A stretch of 64,000 nt of DNA from Octopus bimaculoides (taxonomy: Eukaryota), in the NCBI RefSeq assembly GCF_001194135.2, contig NC_068981.1, positions 66,665,195 through 66,729,194 of the forward strand, written 5' to 3'. Shown in pieces: positions 1 to 11,562 of this stretch. The translations under genes and the position numbers were made by a program. Under the pieces are notes generated by a model, which was not told the origin of the DNA, made no database searches, and saw only the letters and a list, made by a program, of their open reading frames with translations. Each line of letters starts with the position of its first letter. Position 1 is the first letter of the stretch.

Positions 1-30
1 TAAGAAGAATGCAATATATATACACTAACA

Positions 31-420
31 AGGCAGCGAGCTGGCAGAATTGTTAGCACGCTGGGCGAAATGCTTAGCGGTACTTCGTCTGCCGTTACGT
101 TCTGAGTTCAAATTCCGCTGAGGTCGACTTTGCCTTTCATCCTTTCGGGGTTGATAAATTAAGTACCAGTTACACACTGGGGTCGATGTAATCGACTTAA
201 TCCCTTTGTCTGTCCTTGTTTGTCCCCTCTATATTTAGCTCCTTGTGGGCAATAAAGAAATAAGAAACGTTAGCACGCCGGGTGAAATGCTTAGCGGTAT
301 TTCGTCTGTCTTTACATTCTGAGTTCAAATTCTGCTGAGGTCAACTTTGCCTTTCATCCTTTCAGAGGTTGATAAATTAAGCACCAAAAATTTTGGGCCT
401 TGTGCCTAGAGTAGAAAAGA
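31..420 (+). mobile_element. Dimeric tRNA-headed SINE (family A + family A) with 17-bp TSD
   Basis: Two tandem units share head and central block (gttagcac..gaaatgcttagcggta..gttctgagttcaaat..gaggtc(g/a)actttgcctttcatccttt) but have different tails; identical atatatatacactaaca at 14-30 and 421-437. Confidence 0.85.
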
Positions 421-748
421 ATATATATACACTAACAGGGGAGATAACCTTCCCATGAGTGTCTCCAGGATCACTAGGCTAGACTAGATTCACCTATCAG
501 TTGTAGGCTTGTCATATTTGTAATAGCAGCGATGATATTTTGAATGCATTTTATTTATGCATTTTAGATCATTGGACAATGGATGAAAAGGAAATGCATC
601 TCCTATGCAAAATCTTCCTCTGTTAAGACATCAAAATGTGAACAAATTGATGGAATTTGTCTTTTATATATGTGGTCTGAGTATTTTAAATGACTTACTA
701 GATGAAGAGAGGACATGCCCAGACGGAGTTGAAAATCTTTAGAGACGG

Positions 749-779
<31 letters not shown>

Positions 780-1159
780 TGGAAAAGGCATTGGTAGTGT
801 AGATATGAGAGCAGAGACAACATGGGGGGTGGGGGTGGAACCATATGGGAGGAAGCGAAGAGAAAGGGTTAATCAAATAAATAATAGTAATAAACTGGCA
901 CTCCATCAGTTATGAAGGTGAGAGTTCCACTTGATCCAATCAATGGAACAGCCTGCTCATGAAGTAAATGTGCAAGTGGTTGAGTACTCCACAAACACAT
1001 GTACCCTTAATGTAGTTGTCAGGGAGATTCAGCATGACACAGAATGTGACAAGGCTGGCTCCTTTGAAATACAGGTACTACTCATTTTGGACTAGAGCCA
1101 TGTGAAATAAAGTGTCTTGCTCTAATAAATGTACCAATAAAAATATGACTGATTAGAAA

Positions 1160-1504
1160 GGTGCATGTCTCAGTGGTTAAAGTGTTGGTCTCTTACAATC
1201 ATTTAGTAGAGAGTTCAATTTTTGGACCAGGCTGTCAGTTGTGTTCTTCATCAAGACACTTTATTTCATGTTACTCCAGTCCACTCAGATGTAGAAATGA
1301 GTTGTGACGTAACTAGTACCAAGCTATATCAGTTCTTGCCTTTCCCTTGGATATCATCGATAGAAGGGAGAGGGGAGGTTGGTATGCATGGGTGACTACT
1401 GGTCTTCCATAAACAACCTAGCCTGGACTTGTGCCTTGGAAGGAAACTTTCTAGGTGCATCCTGTGGTCATTCATGACCGAAGGGGGTCTTTACTCTCCT
1501 TACC
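1160..1504 (+). mobile_element. tRNA-headed SINE family C, full length, 11-bp TSD
   Basis: Box A/B-like head (ctcagtggttaaag..gagttcaatt), central gtgttcttcatcaagacactt, tail cttccataaacaacc..catgaccgaagggggtcttta; TSD ctgattagaaa at 1149-1159 and 1505-1515; homolog at 46981-47325. Confidence 0.85.
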
Positions 1505-1526
1505 CTGATTAGAAAAAATGAGAACA

Positions 1527-1830
1527 TAATAATAATAATAATAATAATAATAATTCGTTCGTTTTATTGGCCATAAGGGCTAATATCAATTAAAAACATA
1601 TAAGGACAAAGACAGGACGAAGGTTACAAAAGGTTTTGTCCGAAAAGGTAGGAAAGTTCATCTAAACAGAGGAAGAAAACGGAGAAAGATATAATAAATA
1701 AATAGATAAATAAATAAGTAGAACTCCCAAAGGGGGAGGCGCTTCGAAAAAGGCAGGCGCTTCAAAAAAGGCAGGCGCTTCGAAAAAGGAAAGGTTACAT
1801 GGAAAAACCCATAAAACCACGGGAGCCTGA
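1527..1830 (-). mobile_element. Probable LINE 3' UTR fragment (Tx1-like, tentative) with (TTA)n tail and internal 18-bp x3 repeat
   Basis: Minus strand ends ..tagcccttatggccaataaaacgaacgaa(tta)n; aggcgcttcgaaaaaggc repeated three times at 1737-1789; CpGs retained. Clade assignment is from recalled similarity only. Confidence 0.5.
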
Positions 1831-2170
1831 TAAATAAATAAGTATATCAGAATGGGGTGAGCAGAAATGAGGGTGGTGGTGTATTAGTGGAGGTAGCAGG
1901 AATTTGAGAAGACATCAATGAAAGGGGTGAATCCTGATATCATATGGAAAACAGGTTGAAGGGAAGGAGGAGGAGGAGTAGCAGGTGTGTAGGGAAATGA
2001 AAAGAAAGCATGGGAAGGTGAATAAAAGGATGGGAGGAAGTGAAGCCGATGAGAGGGTGAGGTTTGAAAGTAGTCTGGAGTCAACAGAAGCTCCAAAGTT
2101 GATGTGTATCTGACCTTGAAAATATAGTGCTCAGGTGCTATAAAAACAAGAAGAAGAAGAATAATAATAA

Positions 2171-2380
2171 TATTGGTTTCAAATTTTTGCATAAGGTCAG
2201 TAAGTTTGGAGTGGGGGCTAAGTTGAGTACATCGACCCCCGGCCCCCCACTGCTCAGTTGGTACTTATTTTGTGGGCCCTGAAAGGATGAAAGGCAAAGT
2301 ACACTTTGGCAGAATTTGAATATAGAATGCCACTGAGCATTTCGTCCAATGTGCTAACGATTCTGCTAGCTTGCCGCCTT
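2171..2380 (-). mobile_element. SINE family A, third tail type
   Basis: Reverse complement of the family A head/central block (gaaaggatgaaaggcaaagt..gcagaatttgaa..gtgctaacgattctgc..gccgcctt). Confidence 0.8.
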
Positions 2381-2579
2381 AACAACAACAGCAATAATAA
2401 TAAAAAGCAAAAAAGGAAAAGAAATAAAGGTAATGAGGGAAACAGATTGAGGAAGAAAGTGGAGGGTGGTGTTACATGGTGTGTGAGAGAAAAGGTTTTA
2501 GTGGAATTAAAATAAAGATAAATATTGTAAAGTAGATTTAAAAAAATTTAAATAAACTTAAATCAAGGATGACAATGAT

Positions 2580-3135
2580 TTCATCATCATCATCATATGT
2601 CCCTTTTTCCATGCTGGCATGGGTTGGATAGTTTGACAAGAACAGATGAGCTAAAGAGCTCTGCTATAAGCTCTATGTCTGCTTTGACATGGTTTCTACA
2701 GCTGGACTCCTTTCCTGATGCTAGCCTTTCAACAGAGTGCACTGGGTGTTCTTTACACTGCACCAGCACTGGTGAGGTCACCAAATACCCGCAAGATAAG
2801 TCCCCTCAGCTGAGCAGGGTATAGACTGGAGAAAGGAACTATGATAGAGAGAGAGGAGCTGGTATCTTGCTGAAGGGGTGAATACATGGCTTGCCCATCT
2901 GGAAAGTGAAAGAGAGAGAGAAATAAAGTGATGTGAGTCCAGGTATGACATGAATATGAGACAGAAAAGGAAGTGTGCTGAGTGAAAATAGTGTGACAGA
3001 TGATTGAAGATCAGAAATGAGTTGGACACAGAAGATATCAGTTCAATGTAGCAGAAGTCAAGAAAATAGATAATGAGTTGTGGGGGGAAGGCCTGACAGA
3101 GCCTCAATTCTGCTGAGATGGATGGACCTTCTCAA
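2580..3135 (-). mobile_element. Family D (GAT)n-tailed element with degenerate 5' extension
   Basis: (cat)n then ttccatgctggcatgggttgga..ctacagctgga..ccttcct; purine-rich continuation resembles 7620-8650 and 49340-50055. Confidence 0.65.
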
Positions 3136-3298
3136 GCACAGCTTAACACCTTTGTCTTGGTATCCTATCTTCACTTGTGTTGATTCACCAGATGTGATGA
3201 ATAATGGGACTCACACAAATGTAAGGTATTCTTTATACACAATAACTAAAAGGCTCCATTTTCCAGCAACCAAGCTTGGCTTTCCTTTGAAATACCCC

Positions 3299-3331
<33 letters not shown>

Positions 3332-3504
3332 TCTATATTTTCTCATTCATTCATTCCTTTTTATGCTAACCAGTCCTAACCCCTTTTACATGGATGCTAT
3401 AATAATGATTTGGAATTTGTTCAGTTTGATTTGAGGTGGAAATTCTGGTAACATGCATCACTTCTGTGCACAATGCTAAATCTCTGTCTGTCTGTCTATT
3501 CTGG

Positions 3505-3546
<42 letters not shown>

Positions 3547-3548
<2 letters not shown>

Positions 3549-3778
3549 ATCATCATCATCATCATCATTTAACATCCGCTTTCCATGCTAGCATGGGTTG
3601 GACGATTTGACTGAGGACTGGTGAAACCAGATGGCTACACCAGGCTCCAATCTGATTTGGCAGAGTTTCTACAGCTGGATGCCCTTCCTAACGCCAGCCA
3701 CTCCGAGAGTGTAGTGGGTGCTTTTACGTGCCACCGGCACGAACGCCAGTCAGGCGGTACTGGCAACGGCCACGCTCA
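3547..3778 (-). mobile_element. Young family D element (RTE-type (GAT)n tail), runs into gap
   Basis: Near-identical reverse complement of 13345-13560 and 5908-6090; CpGs intact. Confidence 0.85.
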
Positions 3779-4190
3779 NNNNNNNNNNNNNNNNNNNNNN
3801 NNNNNNNNNNNNNNNNNNNNNNNNNNNNNNNNNNNNNNNNNNNNNNNNNNNNNNNNNNNNNNNNNNNNNNNNNNNNNNNNNNNNNNNNNNNNNNNNNNNN
3901 NNNNNNNNNNNNNNNNNNNNNNNNNNNNNNNNNNNNNNNNNNNNNNNNNNNNNNNNNNNNNNNNNNNNNNNNNNNNNNNNNNNNNNNNNNNNNNNNNNNN
4001 NNNNNNNNNNNNNNNNNNNNNNNNNNNNNNNNNNNNNNNNNNNNNNNNNNNNNNNNNNNNNNNNNNNNNNNNNNNNNNNNNNNNNNNNNNNNNNNNNNNN
4101 NNNNNNNNNNNNNNNNNNNNNNNNNNNAAAGACATCTCAACGCTTCTAAAAGCAAACTTCGTTTGTTTATTTACGTTTGTCGTAATTTGA

Positions 4191-4221
<31 letters not shown>

Positions 4222-4926
4222 CATAATACATATACACAGACACACACACACGTACACACACACACACATGTACATTTGCCCATTTGTTCATTCATTTTTA
4301 TGTCTGTTATTTTCATGCTAGCATGGGTTAGACGAATATATTACTGAAGTAATGTTTTACAGTTGGATACTCTCCTTGTCACAAACCCTTATTTTTCAAG
4401 TAAGAAGAATCTTTTATGCCATATGTTTCTGAATGCTCAAAGCTACTGTCTATATATATAGTGGCTATCTATCTATCTGGGTGTGTATGTGTGTGTAAAC
4501 AAAACAGAAGAGTTTGTTCTGAAATTATTAATTTAATTATTTATAGCACCCTTACATATGTTCCAGTGAAGATTGTAAGATTGAATTACATAAGTACTGC
4601 TTAATTCAATTATTATATTTACATCAGAGTTGATTTCAGAAAACTGAAATTTACTGTAATGTTTACTCCGTAATCAATGTAATTATGGAGACCACTAGCA
4701 AGAAAGTTGAAATAACATACATTCTCTCCATAGCTTCCAATGTGAGAATGTAGAAAAGACAAATTGAGTTGTAGATCGTGGTTATATGTTATGATGTGCA
4801 CAGTAACTTACACTGTACAAATATATATATATACCTGGCACTTCACCACCATCTCTCTTCCCCTCTCTTTTGCACTCTTACTCTCTTGCTTTCTTCTACC
4901 CATTCTTTCTTCATCTCTCTCTTTTG

Positions 4927-4959
<33 letters not shown>

Positions 4960-5099
4960 GCTCTCTCTTTCTGGCTGGTAACCATGTGTCTCCTCTACAG
5001 CAAGACACCTGTTTCTACCCTTCTGTCAATCTCTAACCTGTCATTGCTTGGCACAAGGCCACCTCCTTCAATGCCCTCCCCCCCACCTCCATTCAAAGG

Positions 5100-5394
5100 A
5101 TCTTACTTGGTGACCCCTACCAGTGCTGGTGCATCCAATCCACACTATAAAGTGGTTGGTGTATGAAAGGGCATCCAGCTGTAACAGCCATGCCAAAACA
5201 GGCCTTGCCAGTGCTGATGCCACGTAAAAGGCACTCAATCCTCTCTGTAAGGTGGTTGGTGTTAGGAAGGGCATCCAGCTGTAAAAACCATGCCAAAACA
5301 GACAATGAAGTCTGGTGCTGTTTTCTACCTTGCCAGCCCCTGTGAAACTGCCCAACCCATGCCAGCATGGAAAATTGGACATTAAATGAAGATG

Positions 5395-5398
<4 letters not shown>
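5100..5398 (+). mobile_element. Older family D element
   Basis: ggttggtgttaggaagggcatccagctgtaaaa..ccaacccatgccagcatggaaa..gatgat, with an internal partial duplication. Confidence 0.75.
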
Positions 5399-5425
<27 letters not shown>

Positions 5426-5883
5426 CAGGTCGTCATTGACTTATGACCACATTTGGTTCCAACTGACTAGTCTTAAGTCGAGTTGGTTGTAAGTCAGCTT
5501 ATAGGCCTACATATCTTTGTTTTATATTTTAACATTCTAAAGGTACATTCTCTGGTAAAAGTCACACACAGCATTATGTATTATACTACAACAGTGTTAT
5601 TTGTTCATAGAAAAGTACCAAAGAATGCAAATCCAAGAAATTCACAATGTAGTGTAAAACACAGTTGCAAAGCTTACATAAAAATTTATTGTAGACTGGT
5701 GCTTGGCTGTGGATCTTCAATGTCATTTGTTAGCTGACATCATCCGTAGACGGGTTAATTTCTAAGAATTTAAACCCCATTAGATTTCAACTGGACTATT
5801 TATTATTGCTGCTGGGAGCTGGCGTGCCAATTGTAAACTCAATCAGTCGTAAGTCGGATAGGTTGTAAGTTGACGACAACCTG
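5426..5883. mobile_element. pogo/Tigger-like MITE
   Basis: Termini caggtcgtcattgacttatgacc / gttgtaagttgacgacaacctg are imperfect inverted repeats; TA on both sides, embedded in (TA)n; no transposase ORF. Confidence 0.75.
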
Positions 5884-5907
5884 TATATATATATATATAT
5901 ATATATG

Positions 5908-6090
5908 TGGGTGACACGTAAAAGCACCCACTACACTCTCTGAGTGGTTGGCGTTAGGAAGGGCATCCAGCTGTAGAAACTCTGCCAAATTAGATTGGAG
6001 CCTGGTGTTGCCATCCGGTTTCACCAGTCCTCAGTCAAATCGTCCAACCCATGCTAGCATGGAAAGCGGACGTTAAACGACGATGATGAT
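5908..6090 (+). mobile_element. Young family D element, 5' truncated
   Basis: gtgacacgtaaaagcacccactacactctctgagtggttggcgttaggaagggcatccagctgtag..catggaaagcggacgttaaacgacgatgatgat. Confidence 0.85.
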
Positions 6091-6369
6091 ATATATATAT
6101 ATGTCTTGATTATGCTTGCACTGACGATTAAAAAAGTACATTTTGTGCACTAATTATGAAGCATATGATATGCAGCTGAATCTGTTTTTAAAAGGCTCGC
6201 TTCGAGAGTTGTATTCCCTCGAATTCGGTACAATGTGTTTATTATGGTAGTTTTGACTTTAATGCCCTTAATATAAATAAATATATTAAAAGGGAATAAT
6301 TAATAAATTTTTTCCTTATGAGGTTTTTCACGCTAACTACTTGATAAATTCTTATAACGATTTTATCCT

Positions 6370-6760
6370 GGAGTGGCTGTGTGGTAAGTAGCTTGCTTGC
6401 CAACCACATGGTTCCGGGTTCAGTCTCACTGCATGGCATCTTGGGCAAGTGTCTTCTACTATAGCCTTGGGCCAACCAAAGTCTTGTGAGTGGATTTGGT
6501 AGACGGAAACTGAAAGAAGCCCATTGTATATATGTATATATATATATGTGTGTGCTTATGTGTCTGTTTGTCCCCCTAGCATTGCTTGACAACCAGTGCT
6601 GGTGTGTTTATGTCCCTGTCACTTAGCAGTTCGACAAAAGAGACCGATAGAATAAGTACTAGGCTTACAAAGAATAAGTCCCGGGTTTGATTTGCTCGAC
6701 TAAAAGGCGGTGCTCCAGTATGGCCGCAGTCAAATGACTGAAACAAGTAAAAGAGTAAAA
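6370..6760 (+). mobile_element. tRNA-headed SINE family B, full length
   Basis: Head tggctgtgtggtaag..ggttcagtc, CORE-like ttgggcaagtgtcttct, internal (TA)/(TG) tract, tail gcggtgctccagtatggccgcagtcaaatgactgaaacaagtaaaaga; many homologs in window. Confidence 0.85.
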
Positions 6761-6769
6761 TATATGTAG

Positions 6770-7110
6770 GTAGGCCGGCTCTAAAAGGGGTCTCAGGAAG
6801 TAGTGTCCTTGCCTTCCTGAGCTAGTTTTCCACCACATTTCTTAAAATTTGGGGTAGAGGCCTTAGTCTTGGGACCACTCATGTCTAGAAACTAAGGTTG
6901 GTGGTAAGCAAGAGCATGCTCCCTGTAGAAAATCCAGCTTCGAAAAAGCCTCATGATAGCAAAGGAGAATGGGCACCAGCCAGCCAGCTCGAAGGTTGGG
7001 GTGGGCTGCACCTGCCTACCTCAGTTGCTATAGCATTAAGGTAGATCCAGCCACCCCCGTTAACGGGGACAAAACCTGGATTTAAAACACTGGATGATGA
7101 TGATGATGAT
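6770..7110 (+). mobile_element. Non-coding (GAT)n-tailed retroelement, probably non-autonomous RTE-type
   Basis: GC-richer block ending in stem-loop atccag..ccccgttaacgggg..ctggat followed by (gat)n. Confidence 0.5.
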
Positions 7111-7125
7111 ATAGTTATATGAAAG

Positions 7126-7380
7126 AATGTGGCTTAGTGGTTAGGCTATTGCTATTGCTGGATTGTGGGTTCGATTCCCTGATTGAGTGGCATGTTGTGT
7201 TCTTGAGCAGAATACTTCATTTCACATTGCTCCACTCCCTCCTTCAATCTGTGGGGATTGTTAACCTGCTCGCCTAGCCAGTAGGGTGGTGTCATTTGAA
7301 GGCTAAAACCATGCAAAAAGCACATTGTGAATAGTGATGTGTAACAACATCTGATAGCCTGGTTGGTCACATGATATATA
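7126..7380 (+). mobile_element. SINE family C with alternative tail
   Basis: ggcttagtggttagg..gggttcgattcc..gtgttcttgagcagaatacttcatttc, then a tail unlike that of 1160-1504. Confidence 0.7.
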
Positions 7381-7399
7381 CATACACACACACATCTTC

Positions 7400-8650
7400 A
7401 TCATCTTTTATCATCTCTCTTCCATACTGCTATGGGTGGATGGTTTGATAGAATCCAATGACCAGGAGGACTGTTTTAAACATCAGTGTCTACTTTGGCA
7501 TGGTTTCTATGGTTGGATGCTTTTTCTAACACCAAACACTTTACAGAGTGTAGTAGATGCCTTCTCCATGTTACTGGCACTAGTGAGTTTGTTGAGTAGT
7601 TTGTGTAACACAGAAAATGCTCCCTTGGATGAGTGGGAATGTACTAGAGAAGGAGGTGGCTTTATACCATGTGCTGAGAGGCTGAAATACGATAGAAGGA
7701 TAAAGGAAATCCATGTCTGTCCCACACTATATTATATATTATATATGTAGTTGGAGCAGCTGGAAAGAGGGTTAAAGATGTTGGTGATAAAGGTATCAGT
7801 CACTTAAGGTACATACAAGAAGGTGAGTATTAAAGAGAATACAGATATGGGATTAGGACAGATGGATGAGAAAGTTCCTTAGAATGTGAGAGGTGAGTGA
7901 CAAACAGCTAGTGATGGGGGTTGTGGTGAATATAGTGAATGTTGAACAAAAGCAGAGATGTGGTCGGTAAATAAATATCAATTTAGTTAGGAAGGTCAAA
8001 GAAATAGGAGTAGATTATGAAAGAGGAGGAGGTGGCAAGTGGAAGTACAGAAAAGGTGGAGAGCAGCAGTATAATAAAACAATAGATAGATGAAAAATTG
8101 GGAGACGATGTGTGGAGTGGGTGTGTGGATATATACAATGACAAAGATAGAGGTCAGAGGTACAGTGGAGTGGATATAGTGTATGGCAGAAAAAAGGGAG
8201 GGGTAGGTTCATGGTTAGTATGAGAGGGTGTTGTAAGTGATAGCAACTATAAGAAGATGCTAAAGATGAGATATGGCAGTGCTAAGATTTAGTTCAGGGG
8301 AAAGGAAGAGACAACTGGTGGCACAGAAAGCCATGAATGATCAATGAATAATAAAGTGAGAAAGGGATGATTGTGAAAATGAGGAATAGATGTTTAAAGG
8401 AAGTGAATCCAGGGAGAAGGGTAGCACAAAAGAGGCTGAAATATGTGCAGATGTATTCTCATATGAATAAAGCAACTGAATTGTACTGTAGTTAGGAGAG
8501 TGATGGTGGGATGGTTGATAGGAAGATGAGAAGTGGTGAAGGCTTACAGGGAAAGACTGGGTGCAGGAGCACAGCTTAGTTAGTGTACAGACATAAACCT
8601 AATGCTTTTAGGACCTCACTCTTGCAATGACAAATGGGTCTTCTCAAGGG
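7400..8650 (-). mobile_element. Old family D element with ~1-kb 5' extension
   Basis: D tail at 7400-7620; blocks ctggtggcacagaaag, gttaggagagtgatggtgggatg and taatgcttttaggacc..gggtcttctca recur at 49715-50052. Confidence 0.55.
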
Positions 8651-8719
8651 AATCACCAGTCAAGTGGAGGGAAAGTAAGAATGTAAAAGATAATGGGATA
8701 ACGAAGAATATTCTTTTCC

Positions 8720-9349
8720 TTTTCATTATTTTTTCTTCTCACTACCTTCCATCTACTCCTTCCACCATTCATTTTTTTTCCTCTTCTTTTTCTCCGCCCT
8801 CTTGTCTCTCCTAATGCCCCTCCTTTGTTTCTTTCCTTTTTTCCTGATTTGCTTTCTTTCTTCCTTCCTTCTTTTCATTTTTACTTTCTCTCCTTCCTTA
8901 CCACTCATTTTTTTGTTCATTCTCTTCACTTTTCTCATTCCTTTCTTTCTGTTCTCTTCTTTTGATGTTTCATTTGTTTCTTTATTCTTCTCCCTCTCCC
9001 TTTACACTCTTTCTGCTTCTCTCTTCTTTGGTCTTGTTTCTTTCTTTTACACTTTCATTTATTCTTTCTCTTCGTAACTACGTTTCACTTTTTCACATCC
9101 TGTTCACTTCCACATTTACTTTGTTTTCCTTGTTATCTCCCTTTCTTTCTCTCTCCCCTTCGCTTCTTCCATCCTTTCATTCTTCACATACTGCACTTCT
9201 GTCTTGTAATCTCCACTCATTTCTTGTTTGTCACTCTCTTCTTCCTTCTTTCTTTCTGCTCTCCTTTCAACTTTCTTTCTCTTTTTCTTTGTTTTTTTCT
9301 TTCATTCATCCCCTCTTTCTGCCTGTTTCTGTTTCCTCCACGCAATCTT

Positions 9350-9389
<40 letters not shown>

Positions 9390-9573
9390 CACTCGTTTTA
9401 TTCTCTTTATCCTGCTCACTACATTTTATTCTGCCTTTACTCTTCTTCCTCTCTTTACTCTTCTTCCTCTCTTCACCACCTCTCTCTCTCTTTCTCTCTT
9501 CCTCTTCACCTCCCCCCTCTCTCTCCACCTCCCCCTCTCTCTCCACCTCCCCCTCTCTCTCCACCTCCCCCTC
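8720..9573. repeat. CT-rich low complexity, (CA)n and 18-bp ccacctccccctctctct minisatellite ending in gap
   Basis: Direct inspection. Confidence 0.9.
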
Positions 9574-10039
9574 NNNNNNNNNNNNNNNNNNNNNNNNNNN
9601 NNNNNNNNNNNNNNNNNNNNNNNNNNNNNNNNNNNNNNNNNNNNNNNNNNNNNNNNNNNNNNNNNNNNNNNNNNNNNNNNNNNNNNNNNNNNNNNNNNNN
9701 NNNNNNNNNNNNNNNNNNNNNNNNNNNNNNNNNNNNNNNNNNNNNNNNNNNNNNNNNNNNNNNNNNNNNNNNNNNNNNNNNNNNNNNNNNNNNNNNNNNN
9801 NNNNNNNNNNNNNNNNNNNNNNNNNNNNNNNNNNNNNNNNNNNNNNNNNNNNNNNNNNNNNNNNNNNNNNNNNNNNNNNNNNNNNNNNNNNNNNNNNNNN
9901 NNNNNNNNNNNNNNNNNNNNNNNNNNNNNNNNNNNNNNNNNNNNNNNNNNNNNNNNNNNNNNNNNNNNNNNNNNNNNNNNNCCTTTTCCTTCTTGCAGCG
10001 CTATGAATTTCAACACATTTCAGCTCTATAGAACTGTGT

Positions 10040-10238
10040 CCAATGATGATGGTGATGATAATGGCAGTGGGGTGGGGGGAGGTTGAGTGATGGTGGTGAT
10101 AGCAATGGTAGCAATGGTGGTAGTGGTGGTGGTGGTGGTGGTTTGTGGTTGCGATTGTGGGTGATGTTTGGCTCTGATGATATATGGAAATGTTTTGTGT
10201 CTGATGTGTTTATGAAATTAAAAATTTGTTTCTTGACA

Positions 10239-10320
<82 letters not shown>

Positions 10321-10335
10321 AAGAAAGAAAGAAAG
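10040..10335. repeat. (GGT/GAT)n and (GA)n microsatellites
   Basis: Direct inspection. Confidence 0.9.
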
Positions 10336-10607
10336 GCAGAAATAAGAGAGAGAGAAAGGCAGAGATAAGAGAGTTACTGTGGTGGAGGACATGGAAAGAA
10401 TATTAAATATATGTAGAGGGAGACCTTCATAGTAAAGACCACCATATTGCAAACATTCAGAGAAGGCATCTGTTCTGAAAATTGGGTAACTCAGTATCTT
10501 GATATCTCAATGAGTTCTCTCCTACTATAGCAATGTATGAGTCACTTGTTTAAGGGGGCCTTGTAAATGTCATAAGTATTGCCACTCTTCCTCTGATAAA
10601 GCCATAT

Positions 10608-10795
10608 ATTTTGGATTGGATTGGATTGGGTTGGATTGGGTTGGACTGGGTTCTCCATGTTCAGTCCACCATAGGACAAGGGCCTCAACATATTTTCTGT
10701 ATCAACCAAGGTGTGAAGGTATAAGCTGTGAATTTGAGCTTGAGATCATACTGGTCTGATGAGCCTACTTTGCCTCACTGGTTGAAATTGCTTGG
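10608..10795 (-). mobile_element. Degenerate RTE-like LINE 3' end with (TCCAA/CCCAA)n tail
   Basis: Minus strand reads ..aaaatatgttgaggcccttgtcctatggtggactga (KYVEALCPMVD*), resembling an RTE C-terminus, then a pentamer tail. Confidence 0.35.
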
Positions 10796-10799
10796 TAGG

Positions 10800-11000
10800 G
10801 AGGTGCAGGTTTTATACTCATACCTAGGAATAGTTGAGTCAATTACATTGACCCTAATGCTCAACTGGTACTTATTCTATTAACCCTGAAAAGATGAAAG
10901 TAAAGTTGGCCTCGGCAGGATTTGAACTCAGAATGTTAAGGTTGACAAAATATCACTAAGCATTTCACCTGTCATGCTAACTATTCCGCTGGCTTGTCAT
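10800..11000 (-). mobile_element. SINE family A
   Basis: tggtacttattctattaaccctgaaaagatgaaagtaaagttggcctcggcaggatttgaactcagaat. Confidence 0.75.
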
Positions 11001-11174
11001 ACATAAATAAGTAAAAAACAAAATGGTTTTGAAGTTGTATTGTTTAACCCTTGGCCATCAGTGCTGTGAAAACAAGAAATCCAACCACATCGAACTGTCT
11101 TTTTAGGGTTCACATTTTTTAATGTTTTGAGTGAGATGTGGTTTACTATGTGGAGGCAGCTCCATGATTACTTT

Positions 11175-11562
11175 TTTACTCTTTTACTTGTTTCACTCAT
11201 TTGACTGTGGCCATGCTGGAGCACCACCTTTAGTCGAGGAAATTGACCCCAGGACTTATTCTTTGTAAGCTTAGTACTTATTTTATCGGTCTCTTTTGCC
11301 GAACCGCTAAGTTACGGGGACGTAAACACACCAGCATCGGTTGTCAAGCGATGTTGGGGGACAAACACAGACACACAAACATACACACACACACACACAT
11401 ATATATATACATATATATGACGGGCTTCTTTCAGTTTCTGTCTACCAAATCCACTCACAAGGCTTTGGTCAGCCTGAGGCTATAGTAGAAGACACTTGCC
11501 CAAGGTGCCATGTAGTGAGACTGAACCCAGAACCATGTGGTTGGTAAGCAAGCTACTTACCA
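11175..11562 (-). mobile_element. SINE family B, young, near full length
   Basis: Reverse complement of 6370-6760 including the internal microsatellite. Confidence 0.85.

Noticed and set aside
1160-1235. tRNA genes at SINE heads
   Set aside because: Box A/B-like words continue into SINE bodies with TSDs; no complete cloverleaf.
3610-3632. CTGAGGA..GAAAC in family D copies as a hammerhead
   Set aside because: Only 5 nt between the boxes, so no stem II can form; it is a simple ctgg/ccag hairpin.
6120-6240. CpG-containing unique patch with a ttcgag/ctcgaa mini-stem
   Set aside because: A 6-bp stem is expected by chance; no other support.
10608-10650. Telomere-like repeat
   Set aside because: TTGGA/TTGGG pentamers, not TTAGGG; more likely a retroelement tail.
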